A DNA stretch of 64,000 nucleotides from an uncultured Chloroflexia bacterium (lineage in GTDB: Bacteria; Chloroflexota; Limnocylindria; Limnocylindrales; CSP1-4): positions 160,001 through 224,000 of the forward strand of contig CAVVCZ010000005.1 of NCBI GenBank assembly GCA_963746845.1. The letters are read 5' to 3'. The notes beneath the pieces are model-generated. The model did not search any database and was not told where the DNA came from. It saw only the letters and a program-made list of their open reading frames with translations. Shown piece after piece: positions 27,867 through 38,515 of the stretch. Numbering within the stretch: the first letter of the stretch is position 1; each line of letters starts with the position of its first letter. Both the position numbers and the translations under genes were made by a program.

Positions 27867-29897
27867 TCAGGCGGACCGAAGGCCGACGAACGGGTCGGCT
27901 GGATCCGCGTCGGACCGATCGACGCAGGTGGTGTACTCGAGGTCATGGTCCCTCCGTGGACGCGCCCGGACGAGCCGCTCATGGAGCAGCCCCGTCGACA
28001 ACACGCCGACGATGGCCATGTTATCGGCATTGGAGGCCGGTCCGGTCAAGGAGGTGGCGAGGCACTTCCGCCAGAGGCGCTCGACCGCCGAAGCGTCGAA
28101 GATCCCGGCCGCGCCGACCGCCGCGGGGCTGACGATCTCCTCGATCCAGTCGGGCCGATCCGACGCCGTGAAGGAGCGGGCATCCGGCGCCCGGAATGGC
28201 TGTTTTGATCGCCGGATGACGTCGTCCGGGACGAGGCCGGCCGCCGCGCGCTTGAGGATGTGCTTCTCGTCAAGGCCTCGAACCTTGTAGGACGGCGGCA
28301 GGTCGTTGGCATACGCGACCACGTTGATGTCGAGGAACGGGAAGCGGCCTTCGACCGAGTGCGCCATCGCCATGCGATCGCCCTGCGACGAGAGCAGGTA
28401 GCCCGACAGCAGCGTTCGGATCTCGAGGTACTGGTCCTGCGCCAGCGAGGACCAACGCTCGAACGAGGGCGGCCGTGACGCCAGGAACCGGCCGACGACG
28501 TCGACATCCTGCGTGGCGCGTCGCAGCTCGGGCGAGAACATCCGCTGGAGCGCCGCCGTCGACTGCCACCGCGGGCGATGGCCGAAGCCGGGCTCGCGCC
28601 ACTGGGTTCGATCGCGCCCGAAGAACTCGCGGGCCATCGCGGCCTGGGCGACCGGGGATCGGGCCAGATATGGATACAGGCGCTCGAGCAGTCGCGGACG
28701 AATGGTCGACTCGGGCTGGCGTCCCCAGAAGCGGCGGACCTTTGCCTCCCGGAACAGGTCGTAGCCGGCGAACATCTCATCGGCGCCCTCACCGGTCAGG
28801 ACGACCTTGATCCCGATCTCGTGGACCAGGCGCGCCAGGATGAACATCGGCGCGGGCGCCGTGCGGAGGATCGGCCGCTCGGTGTGGGCGATCACGTCGG
28901 GGAAGACCTCCGCGATGTCTCTGCCGGTGATCCGGACCTCGTGGTGCGTGGTCTCGAGCTGGTCAGCGACCCTCCGCTGGAACACCGCTTCGTCGAACTC
29001 GGCGTCCTCGAACGACACGGAGAACGTGTTGAACGTCGTCCCGGTGGCACGCCGGGCGAGCGCCGCCACGAGCGAGCTGTCGAGGCCGCCCGAGAGGTAC
29101 GACCCGACCGGGACATCGGCCCGGAGCATCCGGACGCGGACCGCCTCCTCGAGGGTGGTCCGAACTCCTTCGACGGCCTCCTCCAGCGACGGAACCGGAC
29201 CGCTTCCGGGAGCCGGCTCAGGTGGCGACCAGTACGCATGGTCCTCCACACCGCTGGGTGAGATCCGACGGACGTGCCCGGGCTCCAGCTCCGTGATGCC
29301 GGTGAAGACGGTCTGGGGCGCAACCGGCGTCCAGAATGTGAACGTCTCGGCGACACCGATCGGGTCCAGCGCGCGCGGAATCGACGGGTCGCCGGCGAAG
29401 ATGGCCTTGATCTCGCTCGCGAACCACAGCCGGCCACGGTGGGCACAGAGATACAGGGGGCGGACCCCGAGCCGGTCACGAGCCAGGACGAGTGTCCGGT
29501 CGCGCGAGCTCCAGAGCGCAACCGCGAACTGGCCGTTGAAGCGAGCGAACGCGCGATCGCCCCACTCCTCGTAGGCGTGGACGACGACCTCGGTGTCGCT
29601 GGCAGTCCTGAATCGATGACCGCACGCGATGAGCTCCTCGCGAAGCTCGACGTAGTTGAAGAGCTCACCGTTGTAGACCAGCCAGAGCGTCCCATCTTCG
29701 TTCGTCATCGGCTGCTGGCCGGTGGCGAGGTCGATGATCGACAGGCGGGCTTGACCGATCGAGGCCCAGCGATCCAGGTAGAGCCCGAATTCGTCGGGAC
29801 CGCGGTGTCGGACCGCCGAGATCATCGCGGTCGCCTCGTCACGGGTCGGCGGCGGAGCGTCGTCGCCGAGACGGAGCACACCGGCGATGCCGCACAT
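27867..29897 (-). CDS. asnB: Asparagine synthase-like glutamine amidotransferase
   Basis: MCGIAG, HRGPD, NGE, LSGGLDSS, TGEGADE, EGRFPFLD. Confidence 0.95.
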   Translation of the reverse strand: MCGIAGVLRLGDDAPPPTRDEATAMISAVRHRGPDEFGLYLDRWASIGQARLSIIDLATGQQPMTNEDGTLWLVYNGELFNYVELREELIACGHRFRTASDTEVVVHAYEEWGDRAFARFNGQFAVALWSSRDRTLVLARDRLGVRPLYLCAHRGRLWFASEIKAIFAGDPSIPRALDPIGVAETFTFWTPVAPQTVFTGITELEPGHVRRISPSGVEDHAYWSPPEPAPGSGPVPSLEEAVEGVRTTLEEAVRVRMLRADVPVGSYLSGGLDSSLVAALARRATGTTFNTFSVSFEDAEFDEAVFQRRVADQLETTHHEVRITGRDIAEVFPDVIAHTERPILRTAPAPMFILARLVHEIGIKVVLTGEGADEMFAGYDLFREAKVRRFWGRQPESTIRPRLLERLYPYLARSPVAQAAMAREFFGRDRTQWREPGFGHRPRWQSTAALQRMFSPELRRATQDVDVVGRFLASRPPSFERWSSLAQDQYLEIRTLLSGYLLSSQGDRMAMAHSVEGRFPFLDINVVAYANDLPPSYKVRGLDEKHILKRAAAGLVPDDVIRRSKQPFRAPDARSFTASDRPDWIEEIVSPAAVGAAGIFDASAVERLWRKCLATSLTGPASNADNMAIVGVLSTGLLHERLVRARPRRDHDLEYTTCVDRSDADPADPFVGLRSA

Positions 29898-29898
29898 G

Positions 29899-30882
29899 TC
29901 AGTCGCCGGAGCCGTCGGTTGCGAGGAGCGGACGGGAGTGCAGGTAACGCGCGACGCGCCGCTTCGCGTCGATGTCCCGGTAGACCCGCTCGACCTGCTC
30001 GGTCGTGATCCCGAGGACGGGCGCCGCGTTTGCCGCAGTCACGTGGTGGTCGCGGGCCCAGATCGACAGGTCCATCTCCCGATAGGGCAAGCCGAAGTAG
30101 AACTCATCCTGGGTCTGAGTCATCGAGAACGTGTCGGTCGTCGGCTGACGCGCCAGGATCCCGGCCGGAAGCTCCAGAAACGCGGCAAGCGCGTACACCT
30201 GAGTCTTGAACAGGTGGGCGATCGGCTTGAAGTCCGCCGCGCCATCACCCTGCTTCACGAAGAAACCCTGGTCGTACTCGAGGAGGTTCGGTGTGCCCGC
30301 GACGGCGTAATTCAGCCGATCCGCGTGGTAGTACTCGACCATCGCCCGCACGCGCTGCTTGAAGTTCGTCGCCGCAACCAGCTGGAGGTAGGCGGCAGAC
30401 TGCATTCTTGACGCCTGGACGCGGCCTTCCGGATCGGCGACGGTGAGACGGGTCACGTTCAGTCGATCGCCTTCGAGGAGCGACGGCAGACTGAGCTTCG
30501 AGGTCCACCCCGGGCCGTATTCGGGGAAGACCGTGCGGATCGCCTCGGTCTGGCGCCGGTAGCAGCCGAGGGCATCCAGGGAAGGGCCGATGTCCTCGAC
30601 CACGACCTCGATCGCCAGTTGCTCGGCGAGGCCGCGCGCGAGCGCCGTCGACTCTCCCGCGGTGTCGCGCTCCGGCATGATGAGCCCGACGACCCGGCTC
30701 GGCCCGAGAGCCCGGACGCAGAGCGCCGCGACGACCGAGCTGTCGATCCCGCCCGAGATCCCGACCACGGCGCCGCGGCGGCGCAGGTCGCTGAGCACCT
30801 GTCGCCGAATCGAGTCCGCGATCTCGTCGGCGACCGGTCCCGGATCGATCGTCAGGACGTCGGCAGAGAACACCCGGCTCAC
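29899..30882 (-). CDS. nadE: NH3-dependent NAD synthetase-like amidoligase (start may be 30873)
   Basis: ISGGIDSS, NFKQRVR, GFFVKQGDG, PIAHLFKTQV. Confidence 0.85.
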   Translation of the reverse strand: MSRVFSADVLTIDPGPVADEIADSIRRQVLSDLRRRGAVVGISGGIDSSVVAALCVRALGPSRVVGLIMPERDTAGESTALARGLAEQLAIEVVVEDIGPSLDALGCYRRQTEAIRTVFPEYGPGWTSKLSLPSLLEGDRLNVTRLTVADPEGRVQASRMQSAAYLQLVAATNFKQRVRAMVEYYHADRLNYAVAGTPNLLEYDQGFFVKQGDGAADFKPIAHLFKTQVYALAAFLELPAGILARQPTTDTFSMTQTQDEFYFGLPYREMDLSIWARDHHVTAANAAPVLGITTEQVERVYRDIDAKRRVARYLHSRPLLATDGSGD

Positions 30883-30999
30883 TCCATCGATGCGCGCTGG
30901 CTGCCCGGTGACGACGGTCGGCCCGCGGGGACGAGCATGATACGGCGTGCTGATCCGCCCGTCCTTCGAGCCGCGGTGTCGGCCCGTACTGGAGGTTGC

Positions 31000-32604
31000 A
31001 TGGACGCGCCACTTCTTCATGACTGGGTGCTCGCCCATGCAGCCGCCCAACCGGGAGCACCGGCAATCGCCGCCGGGGGGACTCGACTCTCCTATGGCGA
31101 GCTCGCCGAACGCGCGCTGGGCCTCGCATCGGAGTTCGCATCGGTCGGGATCGGACGCGGCGATCGCGTGCTGCTCGCGCTCCCGAACCTGCCCGCGACG
31201 GTGGTCGCGGCGGTCGCGATCAGCCTCCGTGGCGCAGTCTCCGTGGAGGTGAGCCGCGAGTGGCGAGCCGAGCTCCTGTCGGAGGTCGTGGCACGGAGCG
31301 GCGTCCGCGCTGCGATCCTCTGGCATCGCGACGTGCCCACCTGGAGTGGGGCGCTGTCGACGCCCGCGCTCGCCGCGGCGGGAGTGGCGCTCGACGACCT
31401 GTGGCTCGTCGGGCCGGCTGGAGCGCCCGTCGACTCGACCGCCGGCGCGTTCGCGCGGCGCGTCCGATCGCTGCTCGAAGATGGCCAGCTCGATCCAGTC
31501 GGGGCTTCGCGGCCCCGGGACGCGGCGGAGGTGGCCACCCCGCCCGTCGATCCGGGAGATCCGGCCGTCATCCTCTTCACCTCGGGCAGCACCGGCCGGC
31601 CGCACGGGGTCGTGCAGACAGCGCGGAACATCGATGCCAACACACGGTCGATCGTCCAGTACCTGGAGCTGGGTCCGAGCGACCGGGCGATGCTGACACT
31701 GCCCCTCTCCTACTGCTATGGACGGAGCGTCCTGCAGACGCACCTGTTCGTCGGCGGGTCGATCGTCCTCGACAACCGGATGGCGTTTCCACGCCGCGTG
31801 CTGGAGGCGATCGGCGCGGAGCGATGCACGGGCTTCGCGGGCGTCCCGCTCACGTTCGAGCTGATCCGTCGCCAGGTCGACGTCTCGACGATCGACCGGA
31901 CAGCGCTCCGGTATGTCACGCAGGCCGGTGGCGCGATGGCGGCAGACACCATTTCCTGGGCCCGCGCGGCGTTCGCGCCGGCCCGACTCTTCGTCATGTA
32001 CGGGCAGACGGAAGCCACCGCGCGACTGTCCTATCTCCCGCCGGAGCGGGCCCACGACAAGACGGGCTCGATCGGTGTGGCAATCCCCGGCGTCGAGCTC
32101 CGCGTCGTGGACGACCAGGCCCGGGAGCTCCCGGCGGATGAGGTCGGCGAGCTCATCGCGCGCGGCGACAACGTGACATCGGGATATCTGGACGAGCCCG
32201 AGGAGACGGCCCGGATCCTCCGGGATGGATGGCTCTGGACGGGTGATCTCGCGTCTCGCGACTCGGATGGATTCCTCTACGTGAAGGGCCGCTCCCGGGA
32301 GATCCTGAAGATCGGCGGACGCCGGATCAGCCCCACCGAGATCGAGGAGGCGATCGTGCGCGCCCACGACGTGGTGGAGGCCGCGGTTGTCGGGATCCCC
32401 GATGCGATCACCGGCGAGGCCCCGGTCGCGTTCGTCGTCCTTCAGCCGGGCGCCTCGCTCGACGAGGCGGATCTCGTCCGGACGTGCCGCGAGCGGCTAC
32501 CAGCTCAGCTGGTGCCGCGAACCTTCATCGTCGTCGACGCCCTGCCGCGCAACCCGGCCGGCAAGCTGCTCCGAACCGACCTCGCTCGAACGCTCAGAGG
32601 TTGA
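31000..32604 (+). CDS. Adenylate-forming ligase (AMP-binding; likely loads the ACP)
   Basis: FTSGSTGRPHG, MYGQTE, WTGD, GRSREILK, LPRNPAGK; GGAGG RBS. Confidence 0.9.
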   Translation: MDAPLLHDWVLAHAAAQPGAPAIAAGGTRLSYGELAERALGLASEFASVGIGRGDRVLLALPNLPATVVAAVAISLRGAVSVEVSREWRAELLSEVVARSGVRAAILWHRDVPTWSGALSTPALAAAGVALDDLWLVGPAGAPVDSTAGAFARRVRSLLEDGQLDPVGASRPRDAAEVATPPVDPGDPAVILFTSGSTGRPHGVVQTARNIDANTRSIVQYLELGPSDRAMLTLPLSYCYGRSVLQTHLFVGGSIVLDNRMAFPRRVLEAIGAERCTGFAGVPLTFELIRRQVDVSTIDRTALRYVTQAGGAMAADTISWARAAFAPARLFVMYGQTEATARLSYLPPERAHDKTGSIGVAIPGVELRVVDDQARELPADEVGELIARGDNVTSGYLDEPEETARILRDGWLWTGDLASRDSDGFLYVKGRSREILKIGGRRISPTEIEEAIVRAHDVVEAAVVGIPDAITGEAPVAFVVLQPGASLDEADLVRTCRERLPAQLVPRTFIVVDALPRNPAGKLLRTDLARTLRG

Positions 32605-33721
32605 TGGGTCCGTCACCGTCGCCGCGGTTCATGTGGAACCTCCGCAAGTTGCCGGGCACCGGACCGATCAGCGCCTCGAGCGCCGGAGACGCGGCGAACA
32701 GGAAGTTCGACGGACCGTCGAGGAACCCATGGCGTCGCAGGCCGGCGACGATCGTCCCGTCCGACTGGTTCGTGACGATCAGATCGACGCGCTCGAGCCG
32801 CAGTCGGTCGACGGCCGCGCCGATGACGTCCGTCTCGTAGCCCGGGACTGCGAGCAGGTCCACGATCGAGCCGGTCTTGAGGTTGCCGAAGAGCCGGTCG
32901 CCGACCCGCTGCGTCGCCAGGCAGACGGCCCAGCCACGGGGCTTGCCGGCCTCTTCGACGGCGACGCGGAGGAAGGGCAGGCCCCCGTGGTCGTAGAGCC
33001 GTGACACGGCACCGGCGTCGCGGACAGCGGCGAAGCCGAATGCATCCCGGTTGGATCGCCACACCGCGTCGGCACCCTCGCCGATCGACGGCACGTCCCG
33101 GGTCACGACGATGCGAGTGCGCGGGGGGACGGGGGCGCGACGATGCTGGAGGAGCCAGAAGCCGACCGTGCCCGCTCCTGTCGCCGCGGCGGCGTCCGCG
33201 ATGACGCGGCGGCTCCGGGAGGTCCGGACCAGGTTGACCTCGCGAAGGAACTGCGCGGCGTGCTCGACGCGATAGAGGAAGGGGACGGGAGCCATCCCGA
33301 ACCGCGCGCCCTTCAGCAGCTTCGCCGCGGCCTCGTCCATGCCACCGATGCCGAGGGCGTAGAGCAGCGGCTGTCTCCGCAGGGCGTCGCGAAGCAGGCG
33401 CGGACCGACGAGCACGAACCGCCGGTCGATCGTTCCCTCGGAGATCGGCTGCTGGAAGAACGCGATCGAGCAGTCCGCGCCGTACGTGACGGCGTCGAAG
33501 TGCTTCAGCGAGTAGCCGCCCCGGACGTCCTCGCCGTCGACCGCCAGAAACAGCTCCTCGTAGAGACCGCTTCCCTCCAGGCGCTCCAGCGCCATCGGCG
33601 ACTCCCGCAGGAAGCTCCGGATCCCGTAGGCCTCGCTCACGCCACCTGCCCGCATGCGGTCGTTGAAGGCGCGCACAGCCGGAGTGTGATCCGAGTTGTA
33701 GGGAACGATCTGGATCGTCAT
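32594..33721 (-). CDS. Hypothetical protein, probable tandem GNAT-fold acyltransferase
   Basis: Coding-like ORF with GNAT-style beta/alpha pattern (VGPRLLRDAL, GSIVDLLA, LRRHGF); EPS context. Confidence 0.55.
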   Translation of the reverse strand: MTIQIVPYNSDHTPAVRAFNDRMRAGGVSEAYGIRSFLRESPMALERLEGSGLYEELFLAVDGEDVRGGYSLKHFDAVTYGADCSIAFFQQPISEGTIDRRFVLVGPRLLRDALRRQPLLYALGIGGMDEAAAKLLKGARFGMAPVPFLYRVEHAAQFLREVNLVRTSRSRRVIADAAAATGAGTVGFWLLQHRRAPVPPRTRIVVTRDVPSIGEGADAVWRSNRDAFGFAAVRDAGAVSRLYDHGGLPFLRVAVEEAGKPRGWAVCLATQRVGDRLFGNLKTGSIVDLLAVPGYETDVIGAAVDRLRLERVDLIVTNQSDGTIVAGLRRHGFLDGPSNFLFAASPALEALIGPVPGNLRRFHMNRGDGDGPINL

Positions 33722-33730
33722 CGACGCTGC

Positions 33731-34669
33731 TCAGGTCGACCCGGTGGTCAGCTTGCTCCTCAGCCACCGCCGTTCCAGACTCCGCCGCTGGCCAGGGCTG
33801 AGGACGGCCGCTCCCCGTTCCCCGCGGACATGATCGAGGAGCGTGGCGACCGGGACGAACCAGCCGTTCCGGCCGGCGAGCCGCTCCATCAGCATCCGGA
33901 ACCGCGCGTCCAGGACGCCGTCGACCACAAAGCCCGCCGCCAGGTGGGTGTACATGATGCAGGCGCCGCCGCTCGCCTCCAGGCGGTCGATGTTCGCCTC
34001 GGTGATGCGCTCGTTGAAGGCGGCCAGGTTCCGGCCCTCGGTCGCGGCGAACCAGGAGTTGACGTAGGGACGCGCCGGATCGTGGTACGGCATCAACGGA
34101 CAGGCAGCGAGGGTATCGATGTCCGTGAACGTGAAATTCCTGACGTAGGTCACGCGCTCCCGGCAGATATCGCCCCAGAAGAGCGGGTCTCCCTCGCGTT
34201 CGCCCCGGAAGGTGTCCCGGTTCCTGAAGAAGGTCAGGAAGTTGTAGGCAAGGCGGTTGACACCGGTGACGCGATTCGCGCCCCAGTAGATGGATTCCTC
34301 GCAGCCGGTGTGGTTCGCGAGCGTGCGTGGATCGTGTCCGTAGATCTCCCGGAACCGATCCATTGCCTCGATGACTCGCTCTCGCCCGGAGGTGCTGAAC
34401 GTCGCACCGTGAGAGCTGATCTCGAAGCCTTTCGCCTGGAGCTCGAGCGTCCACGCTCGGTACTCGGGCTCGTCACAGGTGGAACCGCTGAAGTCCGGCT
34501 CCCCGTCACCACGAACGGCCCAGACGGTCTTGGTCGTCCGGAACCCGAGATCGAACAGGAGGTCGTAGACGGGGCGGAGGCCCTCGACGGTCGCCAGATC
34601 GGTGTCGTCGAAGATCGTGAACGCGAAGCCCCGTCCCTCGGGCCACCGGATCCCACCATCCCCCGACAC
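33731..34669 (-). CDS. Polysaccharide deacetylase-like (NodB-fold) protein
   Basis: FAFTIFDDTD, GFEISSHG, IMYTH, GWFVPV; GAGGAGG before GTG 34669. Confidence 0.65.
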   Translation of the reverse strand: MSGDGGIRWPEGRGFAFTIFDDTDLATVEGLRPVYDLLFDLGFRTTKTVWAVRGDGEPDFSGSTCDEPEYRAWTLELQAKGFEISSHGATFSTSGRERVIEAMDRFREIYGHDPRTLANHTGCEESIYWGANRVTGVNRLAYNFLTFFRNRDTFRGEREGDPLFWGDICRERVTYVRNFTFTDIDTLAACPLMPYHDPARPYVNSWFAATEGRNLAAFNERITEANIDRLEASGGACIMYTHLAAGFVVDGVLDARFRMLMERLAGRNGWFVPVATLLDHVRGERGAAVLSPGQRRSLERRWLRSKLTTGST

Positions 34670-34859
34670 ATCATCCTCCTCGCCGAGACGGCGATCATCC
34701 TTTCCTGTCATTGGTGTGAGCGATGCGCATGGGACAAGTCGAGATCCCGGGCCATCCGATGCCCCCACGCTACACGACCACGCGCGCCCGATGCTGCTCA
34801 CCTCTTCATCGCGCGCGTCACTCGCGGTGTCGGCGGGCACCAAGGCGGCGACTCGTCGT

Positions 34860-36188
34860 TCACGCCGGATCGTCCTCGGCGGCCGACTGGGTCCCCAAAC
34901 GGGCCCCGTGGCTCGTGATCGCGCGCCACGATGCGAGGCCGTACACGATGTAGGTCAGGCAGCCGGCGACGCTGAATGCGGCCACCGATCCCAGCGGCGC
35001 CAATCCCGCGCGGACGGTGATCAGCGCGGCCGCGCCCACGAACACCAGGCGAAGCACCTCCCGGATCAGGTGGAGGTCCTGCCGCTCGAGGACGTCGAGC
35101 GTGCCACCGGTGGGGCTGGTCACCAGCTGGAGGTAGAACATCGGCGAAAGCAGCGCGACGTACAGGCCGGCGTCGTGCCAGGCAGCGCCGAAGATCAGAC
35201 TCGCGAACAGCGGGGCGAGGATCGCGAGGAGCAGGAACGGCCCGGCGGCGAGAACCGCCAACGCTCGCGTCGTCCGCCCGAACATCGTCCGCAGCGACGC
35301 CGGCTCTTCGCGTGCCATGCGGGCGGTCTCCGCCACGAACACCTGTGACACCGCCACGGCGATCAGGGACACGGGGAGCGCTGCGACGCGCACGGCGAGC
35401 GCGTACTGGCCGCCGACGGCAGCACCGAAGATCGCGACGAGCAACAACAGCGGCGCCTGTTCGCCGAGCGTATTGAGGAGCGCCGAGCCGCTCGAGAAGA
35501 TCGGGAAGCGGCGATACCGGCTCGCGGCGTAGCGCACGCCTCGCCAGGTCACCCGGCGGAACGCGTCGGCGTGGGTCCGCCAGGCGGAGGAAGCAAGGCG
35601 TGTCGACCCGACGGAGTTGCCGATCACCGACCCGAGGAGCATGCCGAGGGCGCCCATCCGCGCGACGCCGAGCACGATCTGGACGCCGACGAGCGCGCCG
35701 CTCTGGATCAGGCGGTTCGCCCCGATTTCGCCGAACTTCTTCGTCCGGATCGCCCACCCCGTGAACGCCAGCACGACGCCCGCGCCGAGCTGGCCGAAGG
35801 CGATCAGGAACGCCCACGGCCCGAGGATGGCCGCTCCGAGGGGACCGAGGATCGCCGTCCCGAGGAACCAGAGGGTGACCAGCGACACGGCGCTCATCGC
35901 GATCGCGACGACGAGGCACAGGACAAGCACGTGCGCCGCGGCGACGTCGTCCTCCGGGAGCGGGATCGCCCACTCGTACCGCAGGCACGTCACGACGATC
36001 AGGAGGGACAGGATCGCGCTCGCGACCGAGTAGGCACCAACTTCGCTCGGCGAGTAGAGCCGCGTGATGATCGGGGCGCTCGCCGCGACGATGATCTGGG
36101 CGATCGTGGCGGCACCCACGAGCGTCACGACGCCCTTCCTCAGCTCGCCGCCGGACAGCCTGCGACGAAGCTCCGCGATCATCGCCAT
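34860..36188 (-). CDS. wzx: Wzx oligosaccharide flippase
   Basis: TRLYSPSEVG, LRYEWAIPLP, RYRRFP, multiple TMs. Confidence 0.88.
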   Translation of the reverse strand: MAMIAELRRRLSGGELRKGVVTLVGAATIAQIIVAASAPIITRLYSPSEVGAYSVASAILSLLIVVTCLRYEWAIPLPEDDVAAAHVLVLCLVVAIAMSAVSLVTLWFLGTAILGPLGAAILGPWAFLIAFGQLGAGVVLAFTGWAIRTKKFGEIGANRLIQSGALVGVQIVLGVARMGALGMLLGSVIGNSVGSTRLASSAWRTHADAFRRVTWRGVRYAASRYRRFPIFSSGSALLNTLGEQAPLLLLVAIFGAAVGGQYALAVRVAALPVSLIAVAVSQVFVAETARMAREEPASLRTMFGRTTRALAVLAAGPFLLLAILAPLFASLIFGAAWHDAGLYVALLSPMFYLQLVTSPTGGTLDVLERQDLHLIREVLRLVFVGAAALITVRAGLAPLGSVAAFSVAGCLTYIVYGLASWRAITSHGARLGTQSAAEDDPA

Positions 36189-36225
36189 GAATCCATTGTG
36201 GCTGACCGCGTGGGGGCGAGCCCCT

Positions 36226-37175
36226 TCAGTACCAGGAGTTCCCCCCGGCGTCGATCAACGGGGGCCGAATGTCCGGCGGGTTGGTGCTTCCGGTGGAGCG
36301 GTTGCCGCGAAGGAAGCCCGCCGCGTTGCCATCGCTGGTGACCGGATAGTCGCAATCGGAGATCGTCCAATCCTCGACTCGGAGCCCCGTCACTCCACCG
36401 TAGAGCGTCATTGCCGACTTCGCTCCGCTGATTGTCCAGCGCAGGGCAGTCACGCTCCTGGCCTGGGGATCATGGTATGTCTGGAGTCCACCGACGGTTC
36501 GGCCGCTTGATGCGCCGACGTCCCAGTCATTGAACGTGAGATTGCTCCCGGCGTGAACCCCGTCGCTCGAGACGTAGACCTGCCAGCTCAGCCAGCCGGG
36601 AGCGACCCCACTGATGTTTCGTGTCGTGAACGCATCGAACGCGACGTGGTCCGCCCAGGCGGTGCTGATCAACCCGACTTGTCCGAGTTGGTAGTTCTGG
36701 ATCGTGAAGCTCCCGCCGGTTCCCGCCGGATCGAAGGTGATGTAGTCGGTGACCGTCGTTGCCGCGACGTACCCCGGGCCCCAGCCAACATGGAAGAGCC
36801 CGTCCCCGGTGGTGCCGCCGGTGTCGTCCCAGACGACCTGCGCGCCCGGCGCGGGCCGAACGAGCAGGGGTCGGGCAGCTCGACTGTGGGCGAACCGCAG
36901 GTGCCAGCCGCGGTAGGTCCCGCCTTCCATCTCGATCACGTCGACGCTCATGTCGCCGAGCAGCGCGTCGAACTGTTCCTGGCTCTCGTCCGGAGCGAAC
37001 CGGACGATCGTTGGCGAGAGCACCGGGCCCCCGGTTGGAGCGCTCGACCCGGAAGCGGGACCGGGCGCCGGGACGGCGAGGCGGTGTCGGTTCTCGGTGC
37101 CAACCCTCCACGCAACGCAAGCGCCGAGACCACCACAACTGCGGCCGCCAGGAGGATCAGCGCGCGACGGCCCAC
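36226..37175 (-). CDS. Secreted beta-helix-like protein, paralog A (frameshift near 37065)
   Basis: Signal peptide VGRRALILLAAAVVVVSALA in ORF 36948 joins PTIVRF...GGNSWY in ORF 36226; homologous to paralogs B, C and D. Confidence 0.7.
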
Positions 37176-37311
37176 GGGACCAAGAGTACCCGCGGCCGGC
37201 GGTCCCACGCTGCCGGGCCGAGCCCGGCCCGTCTCTGGCCGACATCGTGCGCTTCGTCCGCGCGTCGTCCCGGAGGCGCCCGAAAGCGCCTGGGAGGCAC
37301 TCGGGAACCTT

Positions 37312-37405
37312 GGTGAAGGTCACGCTTCCGAGGCGGCGAGGGCCTGGCCACGCGCTTCCAACGCCGATCCGACGGCTGGTTCACGGGAACCCGAGGTCGC
37401 GTCCG
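37312..37405. repeat. Degenerate copy of the wzz 3' end / paralog B start junction (38483-38577)
   Basis: TCACGCTTCCGAGGCG...GCCGATCCGAC...GTTCACGG...CCGAGGTCGCGTCC shared between both sites. Confidence 0.75.
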
Positions 37406-37470
37406 ACGTCTGGCGGCCGGCCAAGGCGAGAAGGACAAGTCCACTCAGCTCGAGCCGAGGCTGGTCGCGG

Positions 37471-38494
37471 TCAGCGCCAGGTGTTGCCGCCCATGTCGGT
37501 GATCCGGCCGAGGATCACGCCGCGACCGACCGAGCCGCTCGTCGCGGAGTTCGGAGACGGTGCCCGTGTTGTCGGACCCGAAGTCCATGGCCACGCCGGT
37601 GGCGTGACCGGAGTCCGACACCCGCCAGCCGCTGATCTTGACGCCGGTGGTGTGGTTGCGGATGACCATCGCCCAGTTGGCGTCGGCGACCGTCCAGTTG
37701 CGGGCGGTGACGTTGTAGACCGAGGCACCCGAGCCGCCGGTGTAGACATGCAGCCCGTTGAGCCCGTGGGCGGCGCCGGCCACGTCGGACGCCTGGACGT
37801 GGGCGATGTCGAAGTCGTCGAACACCAGGTCGTGCGAGCCGCGCGAGACGTAGACCACGTGGGACGCCTTGCTGCTGCTCTCCGAGTTGGCGGCCACGTT
37901 CCGGACAGTGACGCAGTCGGCGGTGATGAAGCTCGACCCGATGACCAGGAACAGCCCGGTCTGGGCGAGCAGGTAGTGCGAGAAGACGAACCGGCCGGGG
38001 CAGCCGTCGAAGGTGATGTGCCTGGCGCCCGACAGGTAGAACGCCGGGTGGCCGTAGTCGCCGTCCTTGGCCGCGTCGAAGGTCACCGTCGCGCCCGGTG
38101 CGGCCCGGATCACGAGCGGCGTCTTCCGGCTGATCCGGGCATCCCGCCAGCCGTGGTACACACCGCCGGCCATCTCGATCACGTCGATGCTCTTGTCGCC
38201 AAGCAGCGCCTCGAACTGTTCCTGGGTCTCATCCGGACCGAACCGGACGATCGTCGGCAACGGCAGAGGGGCCGCGGTTGGAGCGCTCGACCCGGAAGCG
38301 GGAAAGGCCACCGACGGCGCCGAGGACACGTCGACGACCGGGGACGGCGAGGCGACCGGGGACGGCGAGGCGACCGGGGACACGTCGGGGGCCGGGGACG
38401 GCGAGCCCGTGTTGGTTCTCGGTGCCACCCCGCAACCCCACGCCAGCGCCGCCACCGCGACAACTCCGGCCACCCGGATGATGGTGAACGTCAC
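37471..38494 (-). CDS. Beta-helix-like lipoprotein, paralog B (1-nt insertion near 37552)
   Basis: Lipobox-like ALAWGC, Ser/Pro linker with 18-nt repeats (about 38335-38405); true end NSATSGSVGRGVILGRITDMGGNTWR lies in the adjacent frame. Confidence 0.75.
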
Positions 38495-38515
38495 GCTTCC
38501 GAGGCGACGGGGCGC

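Noticed and set aside
29899-32367. 822-aa ORF suggesting a large NadE fusion
   Set aside because: The N-terminal 495 aa are the antisense of the AMP ligase; only the C-terminal part is NadE-like
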